Below are positions 49,371-60,761 of a stretch of DNA of 64,000 nucleotides, piece by piece (within the stretch, counting starts at the first letter, position 1; each line of letters starts with the position of its first letter). The position numbers and the translations under genes were made by a program. Under the pieces are notes generated by a model. That model was not told the origin of the DNA. It saw nothing but the letters and a program-made list of their open reading frames with translations, and searched no databases. The stretch spans positions 682,001 to 746,000 of the forward strand of contig JBLDXI010000074.1 of assembly GCA_047495785.1 (NCBI GenBank), read 5' to 3'. Source of the DNA: Lepidodermella squamata (lineage: Eukaryota; Animalia; Gastrotricha).

Positions 49371-52300
49371 ATGGCTTGTAGCTCGTTTCGCCTCTGTTTA
49401 TTGCTCGTCCCGATGTTATCGACAACATATGGCCAGATTCTGACAAACCCCAGTTAGCTGAATCACAAAGCATCTTTCAAGAATATTGCATTTTTCTTTC
49501 CTCCAGTTTATTGCAGTGATCCAGGCGCTGGGATAAATGCTTTGCGAACTTACGGATCCAGCTACACGTTCCTAGCTGGAAGCAAAGAAATCTACCAATG
49601 CCTGGGGGATGGTTATGCGCTGTATTCAGGCGATTTTATTCGTGAGAAAATTACGTTCTTTCAAGAATCGTTTTACAGCTCTGAAAATCGCAGTTGAATG
49701 CTTGGACACTGGATTGTGGGATGGCGTCGCACCAGAGTGCCGACGTAAGCTTGAAACTAAATGCCTCTGCAATGTTCATCGCTGAAAATACTCTTCTTAT
49801 ATCTAGCTGTAGATTGCGGAAACCCAGGATTTCTCTTGTATGGCAATGTCACCTTCACCTCTACTCTTTACCAGGGACTCGGTACGAGTTTTCATTTCAC
49901 TGCTTGGCGTTTAAATCGTATCCCTTTCCTTTCCTTTCCTTTCCTTTCCTTTCCTTTCCTTTCCTTTCCTTTCCTTTCCTTTCCTTTCCTTTCCTTTCCT
50001 TTCCTTTCCTTTCCTTTCCTTTCCTTTCCTTTCCTTTCCTTTCCTTTCCTTTCCTTTCCTTTCCTTTCCTTTCCTTTCTTCTGCTTTGTTTCCATTTTCC
50101 TAATCCATCTCAACTGATTATTTTCTCTTCGTATCCCGTAGCGACCTATCGATGCGATCCGGCCATCTCAGAGTTCGTTCCACCCGACGACCTAACGCCG
50201 TCTCAAGCTGCGGCCTACATTATGACAACGACATCGATAACCCTACAATGCCAGGCTAATAAAACCTGGAACGGAACTTTACCGACCTGTAAGCGCCGCG
50301 ACTGCGGCCCACCGCCCGATATCCGAGGTGCAAGTTGGACCCTGAATGGTAACCAAACTCTGGTGGGAGACACAGTCCTTTACACAGCCGACTATGGATT
50401 TCGACTCGCTGGAACTACAACACTGACTTGCGCCGGGGATAGAACTTGGAAACCCACAGGGAATCCTATAGTGAAAGGTAAGGACAGGCAACAGCTAGTT
50501 TCCCCCAAGTAATTTTGGTTTCTATTAGTTGTGAATTGCACGGTTCCACAACTGAGTGAATCAGCCGCTTGGTCGGACAATACGACCAACTTATTCTCGA
50601 GAAAGTGCCAAGTTTCATCCGGGCGCACGCTTTGCCCATACGATGACTCGCAACTCGAACAGGTGTGCATAACTGGCTTCATGTACTCATCTGGAACGCC
50701 GATGAGAAGCTGCCAGGACGATGGGTCATGGTCAGGGTCACCTCTCATTTGCACAGGTAAATTGAAAAATTAAAATTTTCAAATTTGTTGAAAAATTTTT
50801 GAATCCAGAAAAATTATCAAATTTAAAATTAAACTTTTTGTAAAAATATTCTTGGTTGTCAGATTTCTTAAAAGTGCTATCCTACATTTTCAGCATCGTC
50901 TTGCGCCTCTCTGGACATGAGCAATCCGACGGTGATTGCGGACCAGCCTTCGAATACAGTCGGCAGTCTGATGAAATACACCTGCGCTCGTGGCCATTAC
51001 TTCTCCGGCATTGGGAATTTGGCTCGGGTTTGCAAATTAGACGGAACTTGGTCCGGTATTTCGCCAATATGCCTTCGTAAGTCTAAAATGATTCAAAATT
51101 TAAATAATGAGAAACAAGGAATTTTATTTTATTTTTTATTTTTTTTATTTTTTTCACATTGTCTGTGCAAGTATCGATTTTGCAGGGATTCGTAAATCTT
51201 GTTTTGTTTTTCACCTTTTGAATAATAAATGTTGATAAATAATTGATGATGTAGCCGTGAAATGTGACAACGCAAGCTTCGAACCTGTCGCCAATGCGAC
51301 GGCGCGGCTGGTGCAGTCCAAGTTCAACTACACGCAGTTCTACGAGTATCCACGCGACTACGGCCTGGATCTAATCAACGTGCCGCCGGCGACGTACGGC
51401 CAGCAGGTTGAATTTCACTGCATAAACGGCTCGAAATGGGCACGCGGCAGCCGCTTGTGGCGATGCCAGAGTGACGGCACATGGGACTCTGCTGAGCCTA
51501 TTGTTTGCAAACGTAAGCAGTTCCGAAAGTCGGGAATAATTTGTTTCGAAATCAAGGGATATCCTAAATCTGACAAAATGATATATTATTATCGTTTCAA
51601 AACTATAAGAAAAAACCGAAATTCAGACCGGCTTAATAGGCAGAGATGGAAAAAAATTGAAGAGTGACCTAATTGACGGATTATTAAACTTGACGAATTA
51701 TGAACCTTTTTTACAGTGTGTCTCGGGAGTTAGCGAGGCCATTGGCAATTTTCGATTTTTTTTTATGAAGAATTAAGCCTGCACGGAGCATTCTCAGCCT
51801 TTTCATCAGAATTTTTTTAAATTGGCAATAGAAAATCCGAGGATAACTGGTTTCCGGTATTTATAACCCAGCATTTTAATTAAAAACAATTCGATTTTCG
51901 ATTATCGGTGATTTTGGGTGAGCTCCATACTCCTGGGCTCATGTAAGCCGCTAAATACCTTGTTTTCAGTCAAGAAATTTGAAACTGATCCGAAAATGTT
52001 TTTAATTCAAATTTAAATTTTTAAAATTTAAGAAAATTTTATAAGAATTTGAAGGAGCGCAGAGTGTTTAAGTTTGGCGAATTTAAGATTTTGTTTTCGC
52101 TATTATTTTTGTTTTTTAATTTTCGCTGTTTTTACGTATTCAAGTTGACATCCCGCTGCCGGGTATCGAAACAATGCCGCCAGATACGCGAGTCGAGGCC
52201 GAACACGCGAATGCTGTAGGCCGCGTCGTCATCATCACGCTGTGTTCCGGCTTCGCCCTTGTCGGGTGTTTCGACTTTTACGGCATGATGAAGGCATTCA

Positions 52301-52383
52301 TGCGGCGCGTTCACGTCATGCAAAAGTACGAACGACTGCTGAAAGCCCAAGAGCAGATGTGCCCGCAGGTCGCCCGTGTCTAG
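49371..52383 (+). CDS. Type I membrane protein with 6 CCP/sushi domains, paralog B
   Basis: Signal peptide MACSSFRLCLLLVPMLSTTYG; YCSDPG, DCGNPG, DCGPPP, WSGSPLIC, WSGISPIC, NGSKWARGS..WDSAEPIVC; stalk IPLPGIETMPPDTRVEAEHA; TM ending in D; collinear with paralog A. Confidence 0.85.
49916..50137 (-). mobile_element. Probable 5'-truncated retroposon end with (GGAAA)n tail and 9-bp target-site duplication
   Basis: TCGTATCCC at 49916-49924 and 50129-50137 flanks the microsatellite plus ~50 nt of unique sequence; removing the insert restores a 47-nt intron. Confidence 0.55.
49925..50078. repeat. (TTTCC)30 perfect pentanucleotide microsatellite, intronic
   Basis: 30 perfect units 49925-50074 plus a partial unit, inside intron 49882-50141 of sushi paralog B. 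Confidence 0.98.
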
Positions 52384-53067
52384 CCTTTGCGGATCTGGCC
52401 TCAATAACATACTGCGATAAATTTACTCGATTTTTTCTTAATTCTCAACTTGCTATACGGCGTACCAATTGTGTGATAAAAATTCAAAATAAAAATTATT
52501 ATTATATCCAGTTATTGCGATACATAGTAAAATGTATGAAATCGTATTCGTGTGACATTTCAGACCATAATTATAGCTTCGTCGACGAAATCGGTCACCC
52601 AGACGAATGAAGTTGCCGATAAAATGATGACTGCTCAGAAACGGGCATGATAAAATGATGACTGCCCAACTGTCGCAAGCTGAATAGTCGTTTCTCCCCT
52701 CATTTCAAATTCAATTTTTCTTCGCCGAGTTTTATGATTTTACATTAGACCTCCGGCCAAAATTTCGCGTGCTGTATTGACGTCTCACCAGAATTCTCAT
52801 TGAATCATTAATTCCGAATTCCTTTTCTTTCGATTTTTAGGTTTAGCGTTCGAACTTCATCTCACGAAGTAATCTAAAGGCGTGTTAGAGGTGAACCTTG
52901 ACAGTTTTAAATAAAAATTTCAAATAAAAATAAAAAAATTATTGAACAATTTGACAGGTTCCTATTCTGGAATTACAAAAGGGTGATCAGGACGGCAAAA
53001 GCCGACTCGATTTTTTTACTTTTGCGACTTGAAAAGTAGCAAAATAATCTACACGTAATACTAACAT

Positions 53068-53542
53068 TTAATGTCTCCTTAAAATAATGAATAGCATGGA
53101 GGAAATTAATAATAACATGTTCGAAAGTTCTAATTTCGAGCTGCCATTGGTTGCTTTGTGCTCGCCGTTGCAATAACTGACCCTGCAACACCGCATTTGA
53201 CTAAGGACAACATCCGCCTGATTTTGATCACTCGCTTCCGAGCATGTCGCAAAGTTATTCGTACAACCGCGAACTACAACTCCGCCAGTATGTGTACTCT
53301 ATAAAAAAAACAAAATAATTTGAAATTTCACAAAAATTAACTTGAACTCAGCTTACGTAGCAAAAAGTACCCTGGCAAAACGGTGGAATGTACTGCGCAC
53401 CGGTTTGAACACTCACGGAGTTGTAGCAAAACACAGCCTTAGGGTTACTTAGATCGGGTTCATTCATGCATGAAACCACGTGAAGAACAGCCATCGATGC
53501 AGCAAACAGTGCCGTGGAGAAGTTTTGAAATTTTGTCGACAT
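53068..53542 (-). CDS. Ly6/uPAR (three-finger, LU-domain) protein, probably GPI-anchored, ~138 aa, 2 exons (53542-53357, 53298-53068)
   Basis: Signal peptide; FCYNS..FCQGTFCY|STHTGGVVVRGCTNNFATC..MRCCRVSYCN; then small residues (NGSS) and hydrophobic tail MLLLISSMLFIIL. Exon 2 is not in the supplied ORF track in this frame. Confidence 0.8.
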
Positions 53543-54831
53543 TTTCCAGTACTTATAATTCTATGAAAATGGAAAAAAGTGTCCTTGGAGGTTTGAACAA
53601 AAAAATGCCGGTATGGCCTATTCTGTCTGGATCTCGCTTTGTAATTATCAGGGCGTGGCGAGTGCGTCGAATTTTTCAATAAACGCATGACTTAACCCGG
53701 TAGGGTGCGCATGATACGATATATTCTATATTATTATCACATGCGATGTTATGAAGTTGCGTGCACCCTACTACAACTCGGTACATTTTTTACTGTTATT
53801 TAGCATGTGTGCGATGTTTGTTGTTTACCTGATGCGAGGATGCTTGTTTTTCCTACGACACATCACATTGCAGTTCTATTCATATCTTTAATATAGAATA
53901 TTACTAGTGATAAGTTGTAAGCAAAGCAAAGAATATTGAAATAAGAGTCACTCAAAGACAATTTTCGCTACATTTTATTCAGTGAAGTGTGCCATTTATG
54001 ATGATTAATCAGATGGCGAAGTGGCAACTGAACAGTCAGATAAATATGAAGAGGCTTCCTCTATTTTCTCCCATTAAGGATACAAAATACAAATATTTCC
54101 TTGTATATTGCAGCCTGTAAACATGTCGGAATCTAGTTAACGGACTAAAAACTCCATTCTAGGAAACAGCGAGACAGAAACAGCTTTTTAATTGAAAATA
54201 TTGGCTTCCTATATTGGAATAATCAATCGGTTTCTATCATCTATAATCGATACTGGAAATCGATATTTGGCCCAGAAGGCTGTAAGATGTATCGTAAACT
54301 GACCACCTGAAAGTGAGACGAATAGGTCAGGCATGAAAATATCACAACATTGTGGCCCAAGCCCACAGTTATAGGGACCTGATGCTGGAGTCTAAAATGA
54401 CCGAAGAAGTCTCCATAGTATATTCCAGCTTACTCCGTTTATTAATGCTTATTAAAAGGTATCCCGAGCCTTTTTTAGGAGCCATCAAAAATCACCCCGG
54501 AGCATGAAAAAACTTTTAAAGGAGCTCCGGAGTCTGCATTCAGACGTAAAACCCGTATCATAAAGTGCGATTCTGGATTGAATAATTGGTATAGATTAAA
54601 TTCCAAATTGATAAATGTGAATACAGAAAAAATGGTCAAAACCTCCAATTTGACCTGATTTTCACACCTGCAACGGAGTTTAGCCTATTCGGAGCCATAC
54701 CTGGAATTCACCGGAAATCGCCAAGAAAGACTCATAAACCATATTCGAGTAAAGTCTGGTGCTGAAACGGTAAAACAGAGTAGTTTATCTGTTTAGCAAA
54801 GTCTGAATCACAGTTTCCAGAGTACACAACT

Positions 54832-57207
54832 TTAGAAAACACCAATAATGTTGTGTCCAGGCTTCACTAATCTAAAAAGAAATTCAGCTCGCGATGGCCT
54901 GCGGTCGCTCGCCGTCATGGCCCCCAACACAGATCTCACTACCACAGTCGTATGGGGATTTTCAGCAGCTGTTAACCATTTTCGGTCGGGTATAATCGCC
55001 ACGGCCAAAACGAAGCTGTTCGAAAATGAGTAGATCAAATTTCCAACCGCAATAACAGTGATTAGACCATGATACGACTCCTGAAGGATGGAGATCAGGA
55101 TGAAGGCGAAGAATAAAGTGACCGCATTGGCGCATGAAATCTGAGAAACCTTTCGCTCGAATTCAATAAGTTTAGTCGCTTTCAAATTTCTCGATTCAAA
55201 GGCGAAGAAGCAGGCTGCAAGTAGGATGAACCCGTTGAAGACCAAGATTGCACAAGCCCAGATAGATTCATCCTCCCCGGTGCAAACTGTTCTATCCGTG
55301 TCAAAGTACTGATCGTTAGCTTCGTCGTAGCTAGGTTCAGTTGTCATTTCAACTACACCGAATTCATCAACTGATAACCAGAAAGCCGAAAAAACGAAGG
55401 ACGATAATGCGATTGCAACGGCCATCCAACGCAGGGATATTCGATCCTTGACTTTCAAAGTTCCACTCGATTTTCTGTTCATCCTACGATTAGTTAACAG
55501 GAAATTTAGTATTCTAATGAGAACAGAAGCGTTCATCATCGTAATCCCGATAACGGTGAAGAGCGGTTTGACGGCGCAAAGCTTCAGAGTAGGGTACGTC
55601 ACGTCGACCACCAAGATCAAAGCAGCCAGATTAGAGGACATGCATCCAATGAAAGATGTAGCGTTAAGAAATGAATTCGAGATTGTTCTAAACTCCGTTT
55701 TCTTGCTCAAAATTGGAATGCCAATTCCAACCTGGAAAATACTCAGAGCTGCACTCAGTATCACTAAGGCGAGAAACGCTGCCCAAGGATAAGTTACTAC
55801 AACATGCTCAATTTTAGAGAGATCCTTCGGCGGACCACCGCTTCTTGTGAACCAAATCGGATTCTTGATTCGGATAATGTCGTACATGCTCAAGTTGAAG
55901 AGGGTTCGGTACTCTGAGCTGCTCCGAGTCACTTTGTAGATAATTTCCTCCTTCCCATTCAACAACTGCATGATCCATTGGTCCTCCTGATCGACCTCTA
56001 AACGATCTGAGTAAGTTATATTCCCAATCCTTAGACCCGTGAAAGATGTCTCAGAGGCTGTTCTTTTCACAACCATAGCGATCAGATCAGGGTTTGTCGT
56101 ATAATCCTTCAATGATAGGTTGTGATTCTGCCTCAGGGTGGCGTCACTTTTATGAAGCGCCAAAATCCCTGCCATGTATGAATCATGGCAGGTATGAACC
56201 CGGTCTGGATCGTTAACCGATGTATTCTTCAGCAAACCTTTGAACACTTCCTGGTATCTCGGCAGGTCGTAGCCCAAACTTGTCGGGCCGTTGTTCTGTA
56301 AAGCGAGGTTGTACGCTCCGAACCAGAACACGATCTTCATCTGCTCCAGAACCATTTGCCTAGTGCACCCTGCTGGGATAACAAGTTGCGGGTTATTCGG
56401 GTCGAAAAGGGCGATGAAGAAGAATGCGAAGACGTAGTTAGGAGCTCTCATGCCAACAATGTAAGCTGAGCATAGAAAATTAACCGCCAAGTTCGTCGGA
56501 CTGCCGTGGGCAAGCACGACGAATCTGGCGCCGCTATTCTTCACATTTTGCATCAATTCAACAGTAAAATCGCTTTCACTCGTGTAGAAAAGAACTTGGT
56601 AACCGTTTTTAACAGCTTGGTCCTGTAACAACTGGCCTTGCATGAAGTTGTTGGGATTGCCCGAGTAAGAAACGATCCCAATTTGCTGCCAGCCACCGAT
56701 TTTCCGGCCGAAATGAAGAACCGCCATGACGGTACTTTCGATCGGCAGTAAGATTCGGTACAATGTCGAGAAAAGCTGGCGATTTGCCACTAGATAGACG
56801 CCGCCACATCCAGCTGAAAACGACGTGAACTTCGCGCCTCGAAATACAAGAGCAACAGTCTGGCATGCCGAATTTGGTCCCATGACTATTGGACTGATGA
56901 AAGAGTTGTTGCTGATCGGTTGGTTTTCGAAGCTTCGAATGTGGTTGACGAAATTTTTAGGCGCACTTATCGCATCTCGGCCTTCGTCTTTGATTGTTAG
57001 GTCGATGTGATAGTCTGGCAGGATGTCGCTGCGTGAGTTCACATGGTCGACTACGACTTGGGCAGCTGTTGAGCAAGCTGTTTTGTAGTTGGGATTCGTT
57101 TCGACAAATGGCATCATGCCTAACACAGATAGTCGATACTTTTTCGCGCACAACACCATATGACCGAATAGGGCGGGAAGCAAGATGACGATTATGAACT
57201 TGACCAT
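54832..57207 (-). CDS. Class C GPCR, GABA-B receptor-like orphan (Venus flytrap + 7TM, no cysteine-rich domain), intronless
   Basis: 791-aa ORF; signal peptide; VNSRSDILPDYHIDL; FLCSAYIVGMRAPNYVF; PIWFTRSGGPPKD; seven hydrophobic helices incl. FNGFILLAACFFAFESRNL. Confidence 0.88.
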   Translation of the reverse strand: MVKFIIVILLPALFGHMVLCAKKYRLSVLGMMPFVETNPNYKTACSTAAQVVVDHVNSRSDILPDYHIDLTIKDEGRDAISAPKNFVNHIRSFENQPISNNSFISPIVMGPNSACQTVALVFRGAKFTSFSAGCGGVYLVANRQLFSTLYRILLPIESTVMAVLHFGRKIGGWQQIGIVSYSGNPNNFMQGQLLQDQAVKNGYQVLFYTSESDFTVELMQNVKNSGARFVVLAHGSPTNLAVNFLCSAYIVGMRAPNYVFAFFFIALFDPNNPQLVIPAGCTRQMVLEQMKIVFWFGAYNLALQNNGPTSLGYDLPRYQEVFKGLLKNTSVNDPDRVHTCHDSYMAGILALHKSDATLRQNHNLSLKDYTTNPDLIAMVVKRTASETSFTGLRIGNITYSDRLEVDQEDQWIMQLLNGKEEIIYKVTRSSSEYRTLFNLSMYDIIRIKNPIWFTRSGGPPKDLSKIEHVVVTYPWAAFLALVILSAALSIFQVGIGIPILSKKTEFRTISNSFLNATSFIGCMSSNLAALILVVDVTYPTLKLCAVKPLFTVIGITMMNASVLIRILNFLLTNRRMNRKSSGTLKVKDRISLRWMAVAIALSSFVFSAFWLSVDEFGVVEMTTEPSYDEANDQYFDTDRTVCTGEDESIWACAILVFNGFILLAACFFAFESRNLKATKLIEFERKVSQISCANAVTLFFAFILISILQESYHGLITVIAVGNLIYSFSNSFVLAVAIIPDRKWLTAAENPHTTVVVRSVLGAMTASDRRPSRAEFLFRLVKPGHNIIGVF

Positions 57208-57943
57208 AACTGATATCTTTGAATCAATGAAGATCTTTCGTAAAGTTCGTCAACTAGAAATATGAACAGGAAAACGTGAACATCAAATGTTGTTTACATC
57301 CTCTTGGCGAGACGTCACAGGGCAGTAATGGCGCCCTACGATACAACGGAAGATATGAAATGAAAACAATCGCATCGGATTATTGATAGGGTATGAACTT
57401 GAGATACAATCCTCCTACCGTATGTAACAAACTATGAAAGCTGCTAGCTCTCATAGGAACATTCAAATGTAACATCAAGAACATACGTTATTCGTTATTC
57501 GAAAACAGCGAAAGTGCTGATTTGTGATTGGCAGATCACAAGATGCGATCACCTGGTTTCTGCAATGTCATAATTCGAGAAAAATAATGGTCAATCGCGA
57601 ACTAATGTGGGACATTTGATCATATTCGATTATCGAAAAAGGCGGCCATAACACCTGTTATGGTGTGTAGTATTTTCAGGCTCTTCACCTACTAAAATCA
57701 AGAAACACGTGCATTTTTCGAAGCGAAGCGAAATTCGATACAAATACATGTCCCCAAAAGACAAACAATTAAAAGTTTATTTTGCCCGATTAATGTTCGT
57801 GATTCCGTTCGTCCCAAGGTCAAGTAATTAGAAAAACTTCAAAAACAGACAGCGACGCCGCTGTTTGACTGAATCCATGAATCCAAAGATATGTTTAGCC
57901 ATATCACGTGTAGGAAATGAAGCGGAAATTGTGAAGAGTTCGG

Positions 57944-57982
57944 ATAGGAATAGAAATAGGAATAGGAATAGGAATAGGAATA
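57944..57982. repeat. (ATAGGA)n hexanucleotide microsatellite, ~6.5 units
   Basis: ATAGGAATAGAAATAGGAATAGGAATAGGAATAGGAATA, one variant unit. Confidence 0.9.
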
Positions 57983-58156
57983 ATCAGTCAGCTGAAAGGC
58001 GCAGATACTCTTCAGGAATTTTTATTGCCACGAATTTGACAATTATTTAATGGGAATAAATAACGCACTTTCAGATTAATCTTGTGGCCCACATGCTCAA
58101 TCAGTTCAACTCTAAATCAAGGGTTAATGTTTATAAGGTGAACTTATTTTGTCACA

Positions 58157-58195
58157 AATCCTGATTTAATCCTGATATAAATCCTGATTTAATCC
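58157..58195. repeat. Short tandem repeat of AATCCTGATTT, ~3.5 units
   Basis: AATCCTGATTT AATCCTGATATA AATCCTGATTT AATCC. Confidence 0.75.
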
Positions 58196-59154
58196 AAACG
58201 AAAGTAATTTTCAAAATTGTATCGTTTGACCACCCACATAATAAGCTCATCTTTCAAGATCACTTTGCAAATGATGTATAGCCGTCATTGCACTAAATAT
58301 ATTTTGCTTTTCTTCAATGAAGATATGTGTGGCACGCGCGAGACCGGACTTTGATAAAACCCATGCCACGATCGAATTTCCAATTAGAAGTAATGAACGC
58401 CTTCGCCTGTGGTGGAACGTCCGAAATTCCTGTGCCGGGGGCGTGGCTGTCAGTCTGATTTCCCGTTCGAGTTGATTTGAAGTGCGACAAATTGAAAAGC
58501 TGTCTGAAGACAATTCTGAGAGCTTTGAGAGCGTTATTTAGGAAGCCGGATAACAAACAGATCGGGTTGGGCATTGATGGATATATTCGTCTTTCAGCCC
58601 GCTATTCCGGCCTTCGGCTGCACCTCGCACCTGCACATAGCCTTCAGGCCGATATTCATCGTGATATCAACAAATCGTACCCGGATGATGTATAATATAA
58701 TCATGGAATTGCTGCTGTAAAAGAAGTCTTGATTTTCTTGATAAACTTCATTCTTTCATCGTCGCTAACTGCCACGATGAGTTATGTTAAATATTGAAGC
58801 ATTCTCAAGTAATATCCATTGTTAAATTGAATTCAAAAATTGACCGAACTTTATTTTGGAAATTATTTGTGTGTGAGTTAAATCAAGAAGCGCGTGCGGC
58901 TAAAAATGCGTCTTCCTTCACGTGACAAACAGCTCGATCCCATTTTTCACCATTAAACCTGGGTAAGTTCTTGCCACAACATCACTGCTCATGAATGCGA
59001 TAACGTAAACGCAGTAGGTATATGCATTGATAAAAAGTGACCAGTTTTCCACTGATATATGAGGGTCAAATAGATTTATAAAAAAGCAAAGCTTTCTTTT
59101 CCTCGATTATTTCTTCACGCATTTCTTTCGTATGGGCTGTTAATTTCACAGAAA

Positions 59155-60192
59155 ATGAGTTTGAACCTTGAAGTGGTATCGAAAGCAACCAAAGATGGAT
59201 TGAATGCCGTAGTAAATTACGTCAACCAGCCTAGGCCGATTCTAACGACAATAGGCGGCGTTTATCTGGGCTATCACGTCACAAAAGCTACGCTTGGCTG
59301 GCTCCGATACACATGGGAAAATTTTATTGCTGACGATAAAATCAAGATTTCTGACCTGGGCGAATATGCTGTAATTACTGGGGCCTCTGATGGAATCGGG
59401 AAGGTGAGAACAAATTAGTGAGAAAAGGTATGAAAAGGCTAAATTCCAGTTGTGTGCATTTAGGCTTATGCTTTCGAGTTGGCAAAACGAGGCCTGAACT
59501 TGGTCCTAATCAGCCGAACCCAATCTCGCCTCGAATCAACCGCCAAGGAAATCAACGCCCTGTACCCGAAAACTAAAATCAAGCTAATCCAAGCCGACTT
59601 CGAAACTGCCGAAATCTACGAACGAATCGAAGCAGAACTCGTTAAACTGGACATTGCCATCCTTGTTAACAACGTCGGAGGTAATATCAATCACCCGTTC
59701 GCTAGATTGTGTCGCCTGTCACGCGACGAAGTGTTCCGAAGCTTCAACCTGAATTTATTCGCACCGGTCTTAATGAGTCGAATCGTGCTACCTGGCATGA
59801 TTGCTAAGAAAAAAGGGGCAATTGTCAGCATTTCCTCAGGGGCTGCTGTGTTCCCGCCTCTCTATGGGCTGTACAGCGTGGCCAAGTCTGCAACGCGCTG
59901 TTTCATGGACATGTTAGCTATTCAATACGGCCGTAATTCAGGCGTGATTTTCCAGGAAGTTGAGCCACTTTTTGTTGATACAAAACTAGCGGCTGATGTG
60001 ATGAAAAAGATGCCGAAATTTCTACAGTGGAGTGCTGTGAAGCCAAATGCTGTTGCTCAGCAGACGCTACGCACCCTGGGCCGATGCGATGAAACCAATG
60101 GAACAGTCACGCATGACGTGGTTGCTGCGATTCTCGTAGCTGTTTCGTCTCGTAAGCCGGGCAAAAGTGCCGAGGATCTACTGGTTGATTGA
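59155..60192 (+). CDS. HSD17B12: Short-chain dehydrogenase, 17-beta-HSD12/HSDL1 (3-ketoacyl-CoA reductase) family; 2 exons (intron 59404-59463)
   Basis: N-terminal hydrophobic segment; YAVITGASDGIGK|AYAFELAKRGLNLVLISR; ILVNNVG; ISSG; intact catalytic YSVAK; PLFVDTKL. Exact orthology (HSD17B12 vs HSDL1) is unresolved. Confidence 0.8.
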
Positions 60193-60515
60193 TAGGAATT
60201 GACCGATAACATGGAACTCGATATTGCGTGTGCTCTCATTTAGGTAAAAAATCAACTGCCAGCTTATCGATTCTTTTATATCACATTTTTCATCATTTTC
60301 TGAATTATTTTCTGTTATTTTTAACCAAATTGTATGGTGTAAAGTTGACGTCAACGGGTTACTTCCTAATAATATGACAGTTTTACCACCAAAATGAAAG
60401 GTTCTAGATATTTGCAGATATTTGCTACCGCCTACCGCGTCGAGGATTTGTACTTTTGATTGTAGTTGCAATTTGGTCAAAAGCAAAAAAGTGTGAAAAT
60501 AGTGTGAGAAAGAGT

Positions 60516-60761
60516 TCAAATCTGAACGGAGCCGACATGGAGCCGACCGAGATTAAACAGGTAGCCACGTTCAGGCTCAAAGATCCACTGGCAGTTGCTG
60601 GTGACAGCGTTTGCTGTATTGTCAGTTGCACAAGGTCCCTTGCAAGCAGTAGCGGAGTAGTCTTTGTTGTACAGCATGTTAACAATCGTTGACTTTCCGC
60701 TACCCGAACTCCCGATGGTGTAGATGATTTTGTTGATGGGAACATCCTTTACCTCTTCCAT
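60516..60761 (-). pseudogene. Truncated GIMAP/AIG1-like GTPase fragment (G1-G2 only), paralog of 61715-62745
   Basis: IGSSGSGKSTIVNMLYNKD..CKGPC...TANAVT..QWI aligns with VGTTGTGKSTIINMLHNQD..CKKPC...TAKSAT..QWI; similarity ends just before G3 (DTVG) and a stop follows. Confidence 0.75.

Noticed and set aside
49694-50512. ORFs with FPFLS / KGKER repeats
   Set aside because: Translation of an intronic (TTTCC)n microsatellite; the real exons splice around it.
52618-52683. Two ATGATGA boxes plus CTGA, resembling a C/D snoRNA
   Set aside because: Explained by a 17-bp local duplication (GATAAAATGATGACTGC); no terminal stem or rRNA complement recognised.
54100-54830. GGAG/CTCC-rich intergenic stretch suggesting a transposon remnant
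   Set aside because: No termini, periodicity or second copy could be defined in the window.
1281-57188. Numerous short antisense or alternate-frame ORFs overlapping real exons
   Set aside because: Shadow ORFs of coding sequence with no independent motifs or splice structure.
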